Both the position numbers and the translations under genes were made by a program. From an uncultured Oscillospiraceae bacterium (GTDB lineage Bacteria > Bacillota > Clostridia > Oscillospirales > Ruminococcaceae), in assembly GCA_902463265.1 (NCBI GenBank), contig CABQEV010000003.1, positions 92,242-156,241 on the forward strand: 64,000 bases of DNA. The letters run 5' to 3'. Shown one piece after another: positions 1-9,273 of this stretch (position 1 is its first letter; the number at the start of each line of letters is the position of its first letter). Under the pieces are notes generated by a model. The model saw nothing but the letters and a program-made list of their open reading frames with translations, was not told where the DNA came from and did no database searches.

Positions 1-449
1 GTCTTGAAGCAGCTTTCAAATCCGATGGACAGTGTGTTTACGGCACGGGCTTCACCGTTTAGCTCTATTATATCCATAGGAATAGAACTTCCGCTTATGA
101 GCTTTTCGATATCCATGAACTTTGGATATGAATCAGCTCCGAAGCATTTTATGAAGTCATTTGTAAGCCCGAGCGGGCAGCAGGCAGCTTCGGAAAGCGT
201 GAGATTTGTTATTCCCGAGAGCATACGCTGGAATGTACCCGATCCTCCGCATGCGTAAAATCTCAGAGGTTCGTCTGAAAATATCGTGCAGATACGCTCC
301 GCAAGCACCTTTTCATGACCCTGATATTCAGAATCGAAAACCAGATAATCAAAGCCGGTTTTGGCTTTGATCTCTTCAAGCTTTTTGCGTATTTTGCGCG
401 AGACCTGACCGTTCATCGCCATTGGATTGATAATAAAAATGTGCTTCAC
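1..449 (-). CDS. Diacylglycerol/lipid kinase family protein (DAGK catalytic domain), N-terminal part; 3' end lies outside the window
   Basis: Absent from the ORF track because it runs off the window edge. Reverse translation from GTG (449-447) gives VKHIFIINPMAMNGQ...FYACGGSGTFQRML...CPLGLTNDFIKCFG. These match the GGDGT-like and P-x-G-T-x-NDF motifs of YegS/BmrU-type lipid kinases. An AAAGGTGG RBS lies about 10 nt upstream. Confidence 0.7.
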   Translation of the reverse strand, partial: MKHIFIINPMAMNGQVSRKIRKKLEEIKAKTGFDYLVFDSEYQGHEKVLAERICTIFSDEPLRFYACGGSGTFQRMLSGITNLTLSEAACCPLGLTNDFIKCFGADSYPKFMDIEKLISGSSIPMDIIELNGEARAVNTLSIGFESCFK

Positions 450-614
450 AGTGACTTGACCACCTTTTGCATACTATTATTCTAATTATAAACGAAAAGC
501 AATCTTATTTCAATAATATTTTGTTAAGAAAAAGCCTATTAATGCTGTGCGGCTGCCGGGTGCTCAGATGCTGAAAATGCTTTGCGGCGGAAAAGATTAT
601 TCATAAAAACTTAC

Positions 615-643
615 TTGCTAATCAATGCGGATTGTTGTATAAT
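615..643 (+). promoter_or_regulatory. Sigma-A type promoter for the ABC transporter operon
   Basis: TTGCTA (615-620), 17-nt spacer, TATAAT (638-643), about 60 nt upstream of the ATG at 706. Confidence 0.5.
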
Positions 644-705
644 GTAATTATATGTATATAGAGAGAAATAATGGGAAAATACATTATGGGAAGGATAATC
701 TAAAT

Positions 706-1407
706 ATGGCTTTTGTTGAACTGAAAGATGTTTATAAAAGGTATAAAATGGGTGAGGTCACTATTACTGCGTCCGATGGAGTGAGCTTTTCCGTTGAAAA
801 GGGCGAATTTGTCGTTATTGTCGGCGCAAGCGGTGCCGGAAAGACGACGATGCTAAATATGCTGGGCGGAATGGACACCTGCGATGAAGGACAGATAATC
901 GTTGACGGACAGGATATCGCAAAGCTGACAACCAAGGAAATGACCGCTTACAGACGCTATGATATCGGATTTGTTTTCCAGTTTTACAATCTTGTGCAGA
1001 ATCTGACGGCAAAGGAGAACGTTGAGCTTGCATCGCAGATAGGAAAGAATGCGCTTGATCCGGAGGAGGTACTGAAAGCGGTAGGTCTGGGCGACAGAAT
1101 GAGCAATTTCCCCGCACAGCTTTCGGGCGGTGAGCAGCAGAGAGTTGCTATCGCAAGAGCTTTGGCAAAATCTCCCAAGCTTCTTCTCTGCGATGAGCCT
1201 ACCGGTGCGCTTGACTACGCAACGGGCAAGGTCATTCTGAAGCTTCTGCAGGATACTTGCCGTGAAAAAGGCATGACGGTTATCGTTATCACGCATAATC
1301 AGGCGATCGCCCCAATGGCAGACCGTGTCATCAAAATGAAAAGCGCTAAGATATCGGAAATAACGGTCAATGAAAATCCTGTTCCCGTTGAGAATATTGA
1401 ATGGTAA
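706..1407 (+). CDS. ABC transporter ATP-binding protein (MacB/LolD-like)
   Basis: ORF track 652-1407. Walker A GASGAGKTT, signature LSGGEQQRVAIARAL, Walker B LLLCDEPTGALD. I moved the start to ATG 706 (MAFVELKDVYKRY), which has a GGGAAGGA RBS 10 nt upstream. Confidence 0.9.
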   Translation: MAFVELKDVYKRYKMGEVTITASDGVSFSVEKGEFVVIVGASGAGKTTMLNMLGGMDTCDEGQIIVDGQDIAKLTTKEMTAYRRYDIGFVFQFYNLVQNLTAKENVELASQIGKNALDPEEVLKAVGLGDRMSNFPAQLSGGEQQRVAIARALAKSPKLLLCDEPTGALDYATGKVILKLLQDTCREKGMTVIVITHNQAIAPMADRVIKMKSAKISEITVNENPVPVENIEW

Positions 1408-1418
1408 GGTGAACAGCT

Positions 1419-4379
1419 ATGAAAAATATGTTGCTGCTCAACACTTTCAGAAGCATAAAAACGACATTCAGCAGATTTCTTGCGATAATGTCGATAATCG
1501 CCATAAGCTGTGGATTTTTTGCGGGCTTAAAGGTCTCAGGATCAGATCTGCTTATTTCCGCACAGGATTATTATGATAAGCAGGATCTTGCGGATTTCCG
1601 TCTGGTGTCAACTCTCGGATTTACCGATGACGATCTTGCGGCGGTCAGGGAAGCAGACGGTGTAAATGCCGCAGAAGCGGGATATTCCGCCGATCTTTTC
1701 ATGCAGATGCCATCGGGAAAAATGCTGAATGTAAAGACTCTTTCCATCGACACGGACGCATTCAGCTCGGGTGAAATGCTCAGCCGTCCGTATATTTCCG
1801 AAGGACGTCTCCCGGAAGCGGCGGGTGAATGCCTTGCGGATAATTCCATGAGAAGCGGGTCATATCTTGATATCGGCGATAAGATCATTTTGTCATCTCC
1901 TGAGGATTCGCCGATAGAGGATATAATTTCCACTGCCGAATATACAGTAGTCGGACTGGTCAGCTCGCCTATGTACATATCCTTTGAAAGAGGATCCACA
2001 AACATCGGAAACGGCACTGTAAATGCGTTCATCTATATCCCCGAGGAAGATTATACATATGAATATTACACTGATATCTACCTGACCGCAAAGGATACGG
2101 CAGGGCTGGATTTCTGGTCGGATAAATATGAAGCTGCGTCCGACAGCCTGAAAACCGCACTTGAGGCTCTTGCAGATGAGAGGATAGATGTCCGTGTAAG
2201 CGATATCTATGCAGAAGCACAGCCTGATATCGACGATGCACAGCAGAAAATAAACGATGCAAAACAGGAATACAACGACAATCTCAAAAAGCTAGATGAA
2301 ACGAAATCTCCGTTTGAAGCCCTGAAATCGGCAGCTGACGGAGTTGATAAGATACTTGACGATTTTTCGGATACTTATATCCCGACAGCTGTAAGGAATG
2401 TCGATCCCGTGCTGCCTGCGGAGCTTGAAGAAAGCATGAGGGGCATTGAGACTGCATTCACGAAATTCGGCATTGATATGCCTATCTACAATATGCTGCT
2501 TTCATATGTAACGCAGGATCCGTCTGACAGCGTTCACAAGGAAGCATCAAGAAAGACGATAGAAACGTATCTTTCGTCGGTAAGGGAGCAGATCGCCGAG
2601 GCGGATTCAGAGATAACCGACGGCTACAAAAAGCTTGCCGATGCAAAGGAAGAGATAGACAGCGCCGAGCAGGAGCTTGCGGACAGCAAGGCGGAGCTTG
2701 ACGAAACAGCCGAAAATGCCAAGTGGTATGTGTGGAACAGAAACGATGCATTTCCGTATTTCGTCAACTTTGAAACTGACTGCGGACGTGTTAATGCGAT
2801 CGCAAACGTGTTCCCGATATTTTTCGTGCTGGTTGCGGCACTTGTCTGCCTGAACACCATGACAAGAATGGTTGAGGAGCAGCGCACCCAGACAGGTACG
2901 CTCAAAGCTCTCGGATACAGCAGAAAGACGATAGCGGCTCAGTATCTGATCTATTCGGTGACAGCAAGCGTTGTCGGCGGATTTATCGGACTTGCGATAT
3001 GTCTGAAGGTATTCCCGACAATTATTTACAATGCATATGCATCGATGTATATTATCCCCGAGCTGCTTACGCCGTTCAGATGGGATTATGCGGCAGGCTG
3101 CATAATCGCTGCAATACTCTGCACAGGTGCTGCGGCTATGGCGGCATGCTATTCGGAGCTTATTTCCGTGCCTGCGCAGCTTATGCGTCCCAAGCCGCCG
3201 AAAAGCGGAAAGCGTGTGCTGCTTGAAAAGATCGGCTTTATCTGGAACAGGCTGAAATTTACCGGTAAGATCACTGTCAGAAATATTGCACGATACAAGA
3301 GCCGCGTTATAATGACGGTCATAGGCGTTGCGGGATGTACAGCTCTTCTTCTTACCGGATTTGATCTGAGATATTCGATAGCTGCGATAGTTGACCGTCA
3401 GTACGGCGATATTTTCCTGTACGATCAGCTGACAGTCGCAAGCGATGATATAGACAGTGAAGGAATGACCGAAATATCCGACCTGATGTCGGAGTCTCCC
3501 GATGTTTCCGAATATATGTGGGTATATCAGAGATCGACCGACATAAAGACAAAAGCGGGGGATATGGAGGTATACTATTTTGTTCCGTCCGATCCCGCAA
3601 AACTCGGAAGCTTTATATGCCTGAGAATGAGAGAGGGACACGATCCGATAACGCTGGATGACAGCGGGATCGTCATAAACGAAAAGCTTTCGCGTCAGCT
3701 TGATGTCAGGGCAGGGGATGAAATTACCCTGAAAGATGCATCTGCACCCGTAAAGATAGCTGCGATAACCGAAAATTACACATTTAATTATATTTATTTT
3801 TCTCCCGACCTTTACAAATCGCTTTTCGGGGAGTATAATAATAATATGATCGCTGTTGATCTGACTGAGAATGCACAGAAAGACAGGCTTTCCGAAACTC
3901 TCCTCGACACGGGAAATGTACTTGGCTTCAGCTATTCTGATGACGGAAGCCAGAAATTCAAGGATCTTGTCGAAAGTCTGAATATAATCGTGCTTGCGCT
4001 GATCGTTTCGGCGGGTGCGCTGGCATTCGTTGTATTGTTCAATCTTGCAAATATCAACATAAATGAGCGTATGAGAGAGCTTGCGACCATCAAGGTCCTG
4101 GGATTTTTTGATGGTGAGGTCTCGGCGTACATATACAGGGAAAACATCGTTTCGGCGGTGCTCGGAACGGTACTGGGACTTGTCCTCGGCATATTCCTTT
4201 CGGATTTCGTAATATCGACCGCTGAGGTTGACGCAGTAATGTTCGCACCAGATATACCTGCATACTGCTTTGTTTATGCGGCTCTGATGACGGCTGTATT
4301 TGCCGTTGCGGTCAATGTGATACTGCATTTCAGACTTAAAAAGATAGATATGGCTGCTTCTCTGAAGGCTATTGAATAA
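1419..4379 (+). CDS. Fused double-FtsX ABC transporter permease (986 aa) with large extracytoplasmic domains
   Basis: The N-terminal TM is followed by a ~420-aa extracytoplasmic region containing heptad-like acidic/Lys-rich segments (DIDDAQQKINDAKQEYNDNLKKLDE; EIDSAEQELADSKAELDETAENA). Then come three TMs, a second TM plus extracytoplasmic domain, and a second FtsX-type 3-TM bundle (ERMRELATIKVLGF). It starts 12 nt after the ATPase gene. Confidence 0.85.
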   Translation: MKNMLLLNTFRSIKTTFSRFLAIMSIIAISCGFFAGLKVSGSDLLISAQDYYDKQDLADFRLVSTLGFTDDDLAAVREADGVNAAEAGYSADLFMQMPSGKMLNVKTLSIDTDAFSSGEMLSRPYISEGRLPEAAGECLADNSMRSGSYLDIGDKIILSSPEDSPIEDIISTAEYTVVGLVSSPMYISFERGSTNIGNGTVNAFIYIPEEDYTYEYYTDIYLTAKDTAGLDFWSDKYEAASDSLKTALEALADERIDVRVSDIYAEAQPDIDDAQQKINDAKQEYNDNLKKLDETKSPFEALKSAADGVDKILDDFSDTYIPTAVRNVDPVLPAELEESMRGIETAFTKFGIDMPIYNMLLSYVTQDPSDSVHKEASRKTIETYLSSVREQIAEADSEITDGYKKLADAKEEIDSAEQELADSKAELDETAENAKWYVWNRNDAFPYFVNFETDCGRVNAIANVFPIFFVLVAALVCLNTMTRMVEEQRTQTGTLKALGYSRKTIAAQYLIYSVTASVVGGFIGLAICLKVFPTIIYNAYASMYIIPELLTPFRWDYAAGCIIAAILCTGAAAMAACYSELISVPAQLMRPKPPKSGKRVLLEKIGFIWNRLKFTGKITVRNIARYKSRVIMTVIGVAGCTALLLTGFDLRYSIAAIVDRQYGDIFLYDQLTVASDDIDSEGMTEISDLMSESPDVSEYMWVYQRSTDIKTKAGDMEVYYFVPSDPAKLGSFICLRMREGHDPITLDDSGIVINEKLSRQLDVRAGDEITLKDASAPVKIAAITENYTFNYIYFSPDLYKSLFGEYNNNMIAVDLTENAQKDRLSETLLDTGNVLGFSYSDDGSQKFKDLVESLNIIVLALIVSAGALAFVVLFNLANININERMRELATIKVLGFFDGEVSAYIYRENIVSAVLGTVLGLVLGIFLSDFVISTAEVDAVMFAPDIPAYCFVYAALMTAVFAVAVNVILHFRLKKIDMAASLKAIE

Positions 4380-4394
4380 ACGGAGGTTATAAAA

Positions 4395-5894
4395 ATGATC
4401 TGTACTGATATCGACCGTCTTGTTTCATACGGTGTAAAAACGGGACTTATCACTGAGGAGGACAGGATATACACTGTCAACAGGCTGCTTGAACTGCTGA
4501 AGCTTGAAAGCTATGAGCCGACAGGCACAGATGCTGAGGTATCCGATCTCGAGGATATCCTGAAAAATCTGTTGGATTATGCGTGCGAAAAGGGCATAGT
4601 TCCCGAAAACAGCGTTGTTTACCGTGATCTTTTCGATACTGAGCTTATGAGCGTGATGGTGTCAAAGCCCTCTGAGGTATCTGCAAAATTTTTCTCGCTT
4701 TATGAGAAGTCACCCAAGGAAGCAACTGATTTTTACTATAAGATGAGCTGCGACAGCGACTATATCCGCCGCTACCGCATAGCAAGGGATATGAAGTGGA
4801 AGTCGGAAACCGAGTACGGCGAGCTGGATATCACTATAAATCTTTCAAAGCCCGAAAAGGATCCGAAGGCTATCGCCGCTGCGAAGAATGCAAAGCAGAC
4901 AGGCTATCCGAAGTGCCTTCTCTGCGCTGAAAATGTCGGTTACAGCGGACGCATAAATCACCCTGCAAGGCAGAACCACCGTGTTATACCCGTAACTATA
5001 AACGGCGAACCGTGGGCTATGCAGTATTCACCGTATGTTTATTACAACGAGCATTGTATCCTTCTCAATAAAAAGCACGTTCCCATGAAGATCGACAAGG
5101 CGGCATTCAAAAAGCTGTTCGATTTTGTAAGGCTTTTCCCGCATTATTTTATCGGATCAAATGCAGATCTGCCTATCGTAGGCGGTTCTATACTTGCACA
5201 TGAGCATTTCCAGGGCGGACATTACACATTTGCAATGGCAAAAGCACCCGTTGAACGCAGATATACCGTAAAGGGTTATGAAGATGTCGATGTAGGACGT
5301 GTAAAGTGGCCTATGTCCGTTATCAGGCTTTCAAGCGAAAGCTCCGACAGACTTGTTGAGCTGGGTGACAAGATACTCACCGCATGGAGAGCATATTCCG
5401 ATGAAGCGGCAGGCATTTTTGCTGAAACAAACGGCGAACCGCACAACACCATCACACCTATCGCACGCATGAACGGCGGAAAATATGAGCTTGACCTTGT
5501 TCTGAGAAACAATATCACGACAGAGGAGCATCCTCTCGGAGTTTTCCATCCGCATGCAAAGCTGCATCATATCAAGAAGGAAAACATCGGTCTTATCGAG
5601 GTAATGGGACTTGCGGTTCTTCCCGCAAGACTTAAAAACGAGCTTGCAAAGCTTGCTGACGCTATCGTTTCAGGCGCAGATATCCGTGCAGATGAAGATA
5701 TCGCAAAGCACGCAGACTGGGTGGACGAGTTCAGACCTAAGTATTCCGACATCAACAAGGATAACGTAAATGAGATCATTCAGAAGGAAGTAGGACTTGT
5801 GTTCTCGCAGGTGCTTGAGGATGCAGGCGTTTACAAGAGAGAGCCCGAAGGAATGGCGGCGTTTGACCGTTTTGTTCAGAGCATAGGCGGATAA
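4395..5894 (+). CDS. galT: UDP-glucose--hexose-1-phosphate uridylyltransferase (galactose-1-phosphate uridylyltransferase, Firmicute long type)
   Basis: 499 aa, the typical length for type-2 GalT. Contains the GGSILAHEHFQGG histidine motif and an N-terminal region typical of Gram-positive GalT. Confidence 0.85.
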   Translation: MICTDIDRLVSYGVKTGLITEEDRIYTVNRLLELLKLESYEPTGTDAEVSDLEDILKNLLDYACEKGIVPENSVVYRDLFDTELMSVMVSKPSEVSAKFFSLYEKSPKEATDFYYKMSCDSDYIRRYRIARDMKWKSETEYGELDITINLSKPEKDPKAIAAAKNAKQTGYPKCLLCAENVGYSGRINHPARQNHRVIPVTINGEPWAMQYSPYVYYNEHCILLNKKHVPMKIDKAAFKKLFDFVRLFPHYFIGSNADLPIVGGSILAHEHFQGGHYTFAMAKAPVERRYTVKGYEDVDVGRVKWPMSVIRLSSESSDRLVELGDKILTAWRAYSDEAAGIFAETNGEPHNTITPIARMNGGKYELDLVLRNNITTEEHPLGVFHPHAKLHHIKKENIGLIEVMGLAVLPARLKNELAKLADAIVSGADIRADEDIAKHADWVDEFRPKYSDINKDNVNEIIQKEVGLVFSQVLEDAGVYKREPEGMAAFDRFVQSIGG

Positions 5895-5960
5895 TGCGGC
5901 TGTTGGGAGAGGATATTTTCGTAATATCATTAAGCCATTTCGGCGGAATGGAGAATCAAC

Positions 5961-6350
5961 ATGACAAATAACATTTACGAATCAGGCGAGGATTACCTCG
6001 AGACCATACTTATCCTTGATGAAAAAACTAAGTATGTCCGTTCGGTCGATATTGCTGCCGAGCTGGGTTATTCAAAGCCAAGCGTAAGCCGTGCGATGGG
6101 AATTCTCAAAGCAAACGGACTTATCACAGTTGAACATGACGGACAGATCAAGCTGACAAAAGCCGGATTAAAACGTGCAAATGAGGTTTACGACCGTCAC
6201 AGGCTGATAAAGAAGTTTTTTGAACATATCCTGGGTGTCAATCCGGTCACTGCCGAGGAGGATGCCTGCAAGGTCGAGCATGTTATCAGCGAGGAAACGT
6301 TCCTGCGCCTGAGATCCTATGTTGAAGAACATATTGACAGCGATAAATAA
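5961..6350 (+). CDS. DtxR/MntR-family metal-dependent transcriptional regulator (short form)
   Basis: GEDYLETILIL...VRSVDIAAELGYSKPSVSRAMGILKANGLI is a winged-helix typical of the DtxR family. At 129 aa it has only the DNA-binding and dimerisation domains. Confidence 0.8.
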   Translation: MTNNIYESGEDYLETILILDEKTKYVRSVDIAAELGYSKPSVSRAMGILKANGLITVEHDGQIKLTKAGLKRANEVYDRHRLIKKFFEHILGVNPVTAEEDACKVEHVISEETFLRLRSYVEEHIDSDK

Positions 6351-6391
6351 AAAAACGTCCGCAGAAATTATCTGCGGACGTAATTTTTTTG
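6351..6391. terminator. Bidirectional intrinsic terminator
   Basis: Perfect 10-bp stem CGTCCGCAGA / TCTGCGGACG (6356-6380). It is flanked by an A-run upstream and T7 downstream, between convergent genes. Confidence 0.8.
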
Positions 6392-7084
6392 TTATACAAG
6401 AAGATTAAGCGATGAGCCGGATGTGTAGGAAGCTATCCATTCTTCAATGCCGGATGCGCTGTATGTCTGGTAAGTGCTTTTCGGTGTTTCAGCGAGGGTG
6501 GAGAACTGCGATGCTTTCTGAGAGATCCTCGATGCATATGAGTTTTCTCCGCCGAATACCGATTTAACAAACCTTGCATCAGCGTTTTTCAGAGTTTCTT
6601 CATTAAGAGAAAGGGAATTGTCCTTGTTTACGGTAATTCCGACCTTTTCAAGAAGCTTTTCATTTGCGGAAGTGGAACCTACCATGAATGATGCCTTTTT
6701 GAGGACATTCACATTATCTGACTTTGCGGCAGCTTCCTTTGTGCTGTTATAGCTGCTTACAAAATCTTTTGCGGCAGCGAGCAGCTTATCCGAATCAACG
6801 GAATATGTACCGTCTTCATTGACCTTTACGGCTGATGAAAGCTTGTCTGCTGCGGTTTTCAGGCTCTCAGCGGAAGATTTCAGTGCTGTATCGGTCTTGG
6901 ATACCTTTGCAGCCGCCTCCTGAGTTTTCCAGGATTTGGCAAGCTTAGCATACTGCGCCTTCAGATCGGAACTGTTTGCCTTGAATTCTTCGTATCTCTT
7001 AGCGATCGAAGTCATATCTGAAAGAGATGATGACGTATATATGCTGCTGTAATTGAGCATTGAACTAATAGGTGAAATTGCCAT
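6392..7084 (-). CDS. Hypothetical Ala/Ser/Lys-rich protein with FliD-C-terminus-like segment
   Basis: ORF track 6392-7120. I moved the start to ATG 7084 (MAISPISSML), which has AGGAGG 8 nt upstream. No signal peptide. The segment GITVNKDNSLSLNEETLKNADARFVKSVFGG resembles the flagellar cap protein C-terminal motif (weak, by eye). Confidence 0.6.
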   Translation of the reverse strand: MAISPISSMLNYSSIYTSSSLSDMTSIAKRYEEFKANSSDLKAQYAKLAKSWKTQEAAAKVSKTDTALKSSAESLKTAADKLSSAVKVNEDGTYSVDSDKLLAAAKDFVSSYNSTKEAAAKSDNVNVLKKASFMVGSTSANEKLLEKVGITVNKDNSLSLNEETLKNADARFVKSVFGGENSYASRISQKASQFSTLAETPKSTYQTYSASGIEEWIASYTSGSSLNLLV

Positions 7085-7122
7085 ATGCCATACCTCCTGA
7101 TATAATTTTCCTTTATACACAT

Positions 7123-7151
7123 ATTATAGCACGTCTAAACTGCGTTGTCAA
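7123..7151 (-). promoter_or_regulatory. Consensus sigma-A promoter for the 6392-7084 gene
   Basis: On the reverse strand: TTGACA (7151-7146), exactly 17 nt, TATAAT (7128-7123). Both hexamers are perfect consensus. Confidence 0.7.
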
Positions 7152-7178
7152 CAGTTTATTTATATTTTTGCCTGAGAT

Positions 7179-8975
7179 TTAATCAAGAGCGTATTTCTGC
7201 TTGTAGAATGCGGAAGCGTCCATAAATCCCTGATCGTTGCCCTGATGAACGTCCTGGATATATTCGTGCCTGTTGATGCCGTCCTTGCGTGTGCTGAGAC
7301 CGAGGACATAAACAGCGGAGTTTGAACAGTGGTCGGAGATCCTTTCGAGATTTATCAGCATATCGAGGAAGATAATTCCCGCATCGACCTGGCACATACC
7401 GTTTTTGAGACGGTCGATATGACGGTTTTTGAGTGTTTCATTCAGGTAGTCGATGACCTCTTCAAGCGGTTCTATGCGCATAGCAACGGTTGCGTCCTTC
7501 TTTTCGGCAGCATCTATCGCCATGGTGATTATCTCTTCGACAGCGTTTGCGATCACTGTGAATTCAGCCATAGCCTTAGGCGAGAAGCGCAGACCCTTGG
7601 AATTCAGCTCTTCTGCGCTCTCGACCAGATTTATCGAGTAATCGCCGATCCTTTCAAATTCGGAAAGAAGGTGAAGCAGCGCAGTCACGGTTCGGCTCTC
7701 GTATTCTGTAAGCTCGCAGTCGGTCAGCTTGACTAGATAAGCGTTCAGCTTGTCTTCGGTAGCGTCGATAATATCTTCGCGTGCGTATATATTTTCTACG
7801 GTTTTTTTGTCATACTCATTGAAAAGAGTGCGCATTTTTACATAGTTCTGTCTTGCCATTGTACCCATGCTGATGACAGTTTTCATAGCCTGCTGGAGAG
7901 CGAGGGAGGGAGATTTCAGCAGACGTTCATCAAGAAACTGAGTGCCGGAAGCCTCGGTGATATCGTCGTCGGATGTTTCCGTGTCCCTGATCGTTTTGCA
8001 CGCAAGGAACTCAAGCACCTTATGGAACGGGATAAATATGGCAGTTACAATAATATTGAACAGGGTATGGAAGTTTGCAATTCCGCCCATGTCGATCGTA
8101 TCGTTCCAGAATGAAAAGCCTACTGCATACTGGAATGCATAAACAACAATAAGGAATATGGCAGTGCCGACTACATTGAAATAGAGATGCACCATAGCTG
8201 CTCTTTTTGCATTCTTGTTTGCTCCGACAGATGAGATCAGCGGAACAACGCAGGTTCCGATGTTCTGTCCCATGATTATCGGGAAAACAGAGGAGAACGT
8301 TAGCACGCCTGTTGTGGAGATAGCCTGAAGGATTCCGACAGAAGCCGAGGAGCTCTGAAGGATCGCAGTAACGACAGCACCGACGATAACGCCGAGAATA
8401 GGATTGGAAAGGGAAGAGAACAGCACTCTGAATGCAGGAAGCTCGGAAAGCGGAGAAACAGAATCCGTCATGGAAAGCATTCCCGTAAACAGGATTCCGA
8501 CACCGAGGAAGATCTCGCCTGCGGTCTTTCCGCTGTCTTTTTTGGACATCATATAGATGATTATTCCGATGATTGAGATAAGCGGCGCAAGCGTTGACGG
8601 ACTGAGGAGCGAGAGTGCCGAACCTACGCCTTCGCTGCTTTCGAGATCGCCGAGGCGAAGGATCTGTCCCGTGATGGTAGTACCGATGTTTGCACCCATT
8701 ATAACGCCGACAGCCGATGAAAGCTTAAGAATGCCTGCATTGACAAGTCCGACAACGATAACGGTAGTTGCGCCCGAACTTTGAACTGCGGCGGTAACAA
8801 ATGCGCCGAGAAGGACGCTTTTGAAGATGTTGTTTGTAAGGCTTTCGAGTATCTTCTCCATTCTGCCGCTTGAAAGCTTTTCGAGTCCGCTTCCGAGCAT
8901 TGCCATTCCATAGAGAAAAAGAGCAATTCCGCCGAACATTCCGATGAAAATCCGAATATAGTCTATGCCGGTCAT
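7179..8975 (-). CDS. Na/Pi cotransporter family protein with C-terminal PhoU-like domain
   Basis: Two Na/Pi-cotransporter repeats (AAVQSSGATTVIVVG; ILQSSSASVGILQA) and two PhoU-like repeats (EFERIGDYSINL; NLERISDHCSN). 598 aa. Confidence 0.9.
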   Translation of the reverse strand: MTGIDYIRIFIGMFGGIALFLYGMAMLGSGLEKLSSGRMEKILESLTNNIFKSVLLGAFVTAAVQSSGATTVIVVGLVNAGILKLSSAVGVIMGANIGTTITGQILRLGDLESSEGVGSALSLLSPSTLAPLISIIGIIIYMMSKKDSGKTAGEIFLGVGILFTGMLSMTDSVSPLSELPAFRVLFSSLSNPILGVIVGAVVTAILQSSSASVGILQAISTTGVLTFSSVFPIIMGQNIGTCVVPLISSVGANKNAKRAAMVHLYFNVVGTAIFLIVVYAFQYAVGFSFWNDTIDMGGIANFHTLFNIIVTAIFIPFHKVLEFLACKTIRDTETSDDDITEASGTQFLDERLLKSPSLALQQAMKTVISMGTMARQNYVKMRTLFNEYDKKTVENIYAREDIIDATEDKLNAYLVKLTDCELTEYESRTVTALLHLLSEFERIGDYSINLVESAEELNSKGLRFSPKAMAEFTVIANAVEEIITMAIDAAEKKDATVAMRIEPLEEVIDYLNETLKNRHIDRLKNGMCQVDAGIIFLDMLINLERISDHCSNSAVYVLGLSTRKDGINRHEYIQDVHQGNDQGFMDASAFYKQKYALD

Positions 8976-9119
8976 AAGTTACCGTTCCTTTCCATAATTC
9001 CCATAAATATTTCACACGGAATTATTATAGCACACATGCGCTCATAAATAAACACATATTTTTTTAATAAAAAAATTTTTCCCGATATTCCGAAAATCAT
9101 GTAAATATGCGGTCATTGA

Positions 9120-9148
9120 TTGACATAATGACAGTTTTATGATAGAAT
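9120..9148 (+). promoter_or_regulatory. Sigma-A type promoter
   Basis: TTGACA (9120-9125), 17-nt spacer, TAGAAT (9143-9148). Confidence 0.5.
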
Positions 9149-9273
9149 AAAATTAACAAATTGTAAAATTGTGTTTGATGCCAAAAAAATAGCGTATCGG
9201 ATCGTATATAAAATAAGGGGGAATAGCTCTGAAAAGAGAAAAAATCTCGCTGGCTGTTTACACGTTTTCGCAT

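Noticed and set aside
4-258. 84-aa plus-strand ORF at the window start.
   Set aside because: The opposite strand encodes a convincing lipid-kinase N-terminal domain (GGSGT, LGLTNDF motifs) with RBS and start at 449. The plus-strand ORF is its antisense shadow.
2607-4328. 573-aa ORF on the minus strand, antisense to the FtsX permease gene.
   Set aside because: It lies entirely inside a well-supported gene on the other strand. Its composition is rich in Arg, Cys, His and Tyr and looks like frame noise, and it has no RBS. This is a typical shadow ORF produced by the codon bias of the sense gene.
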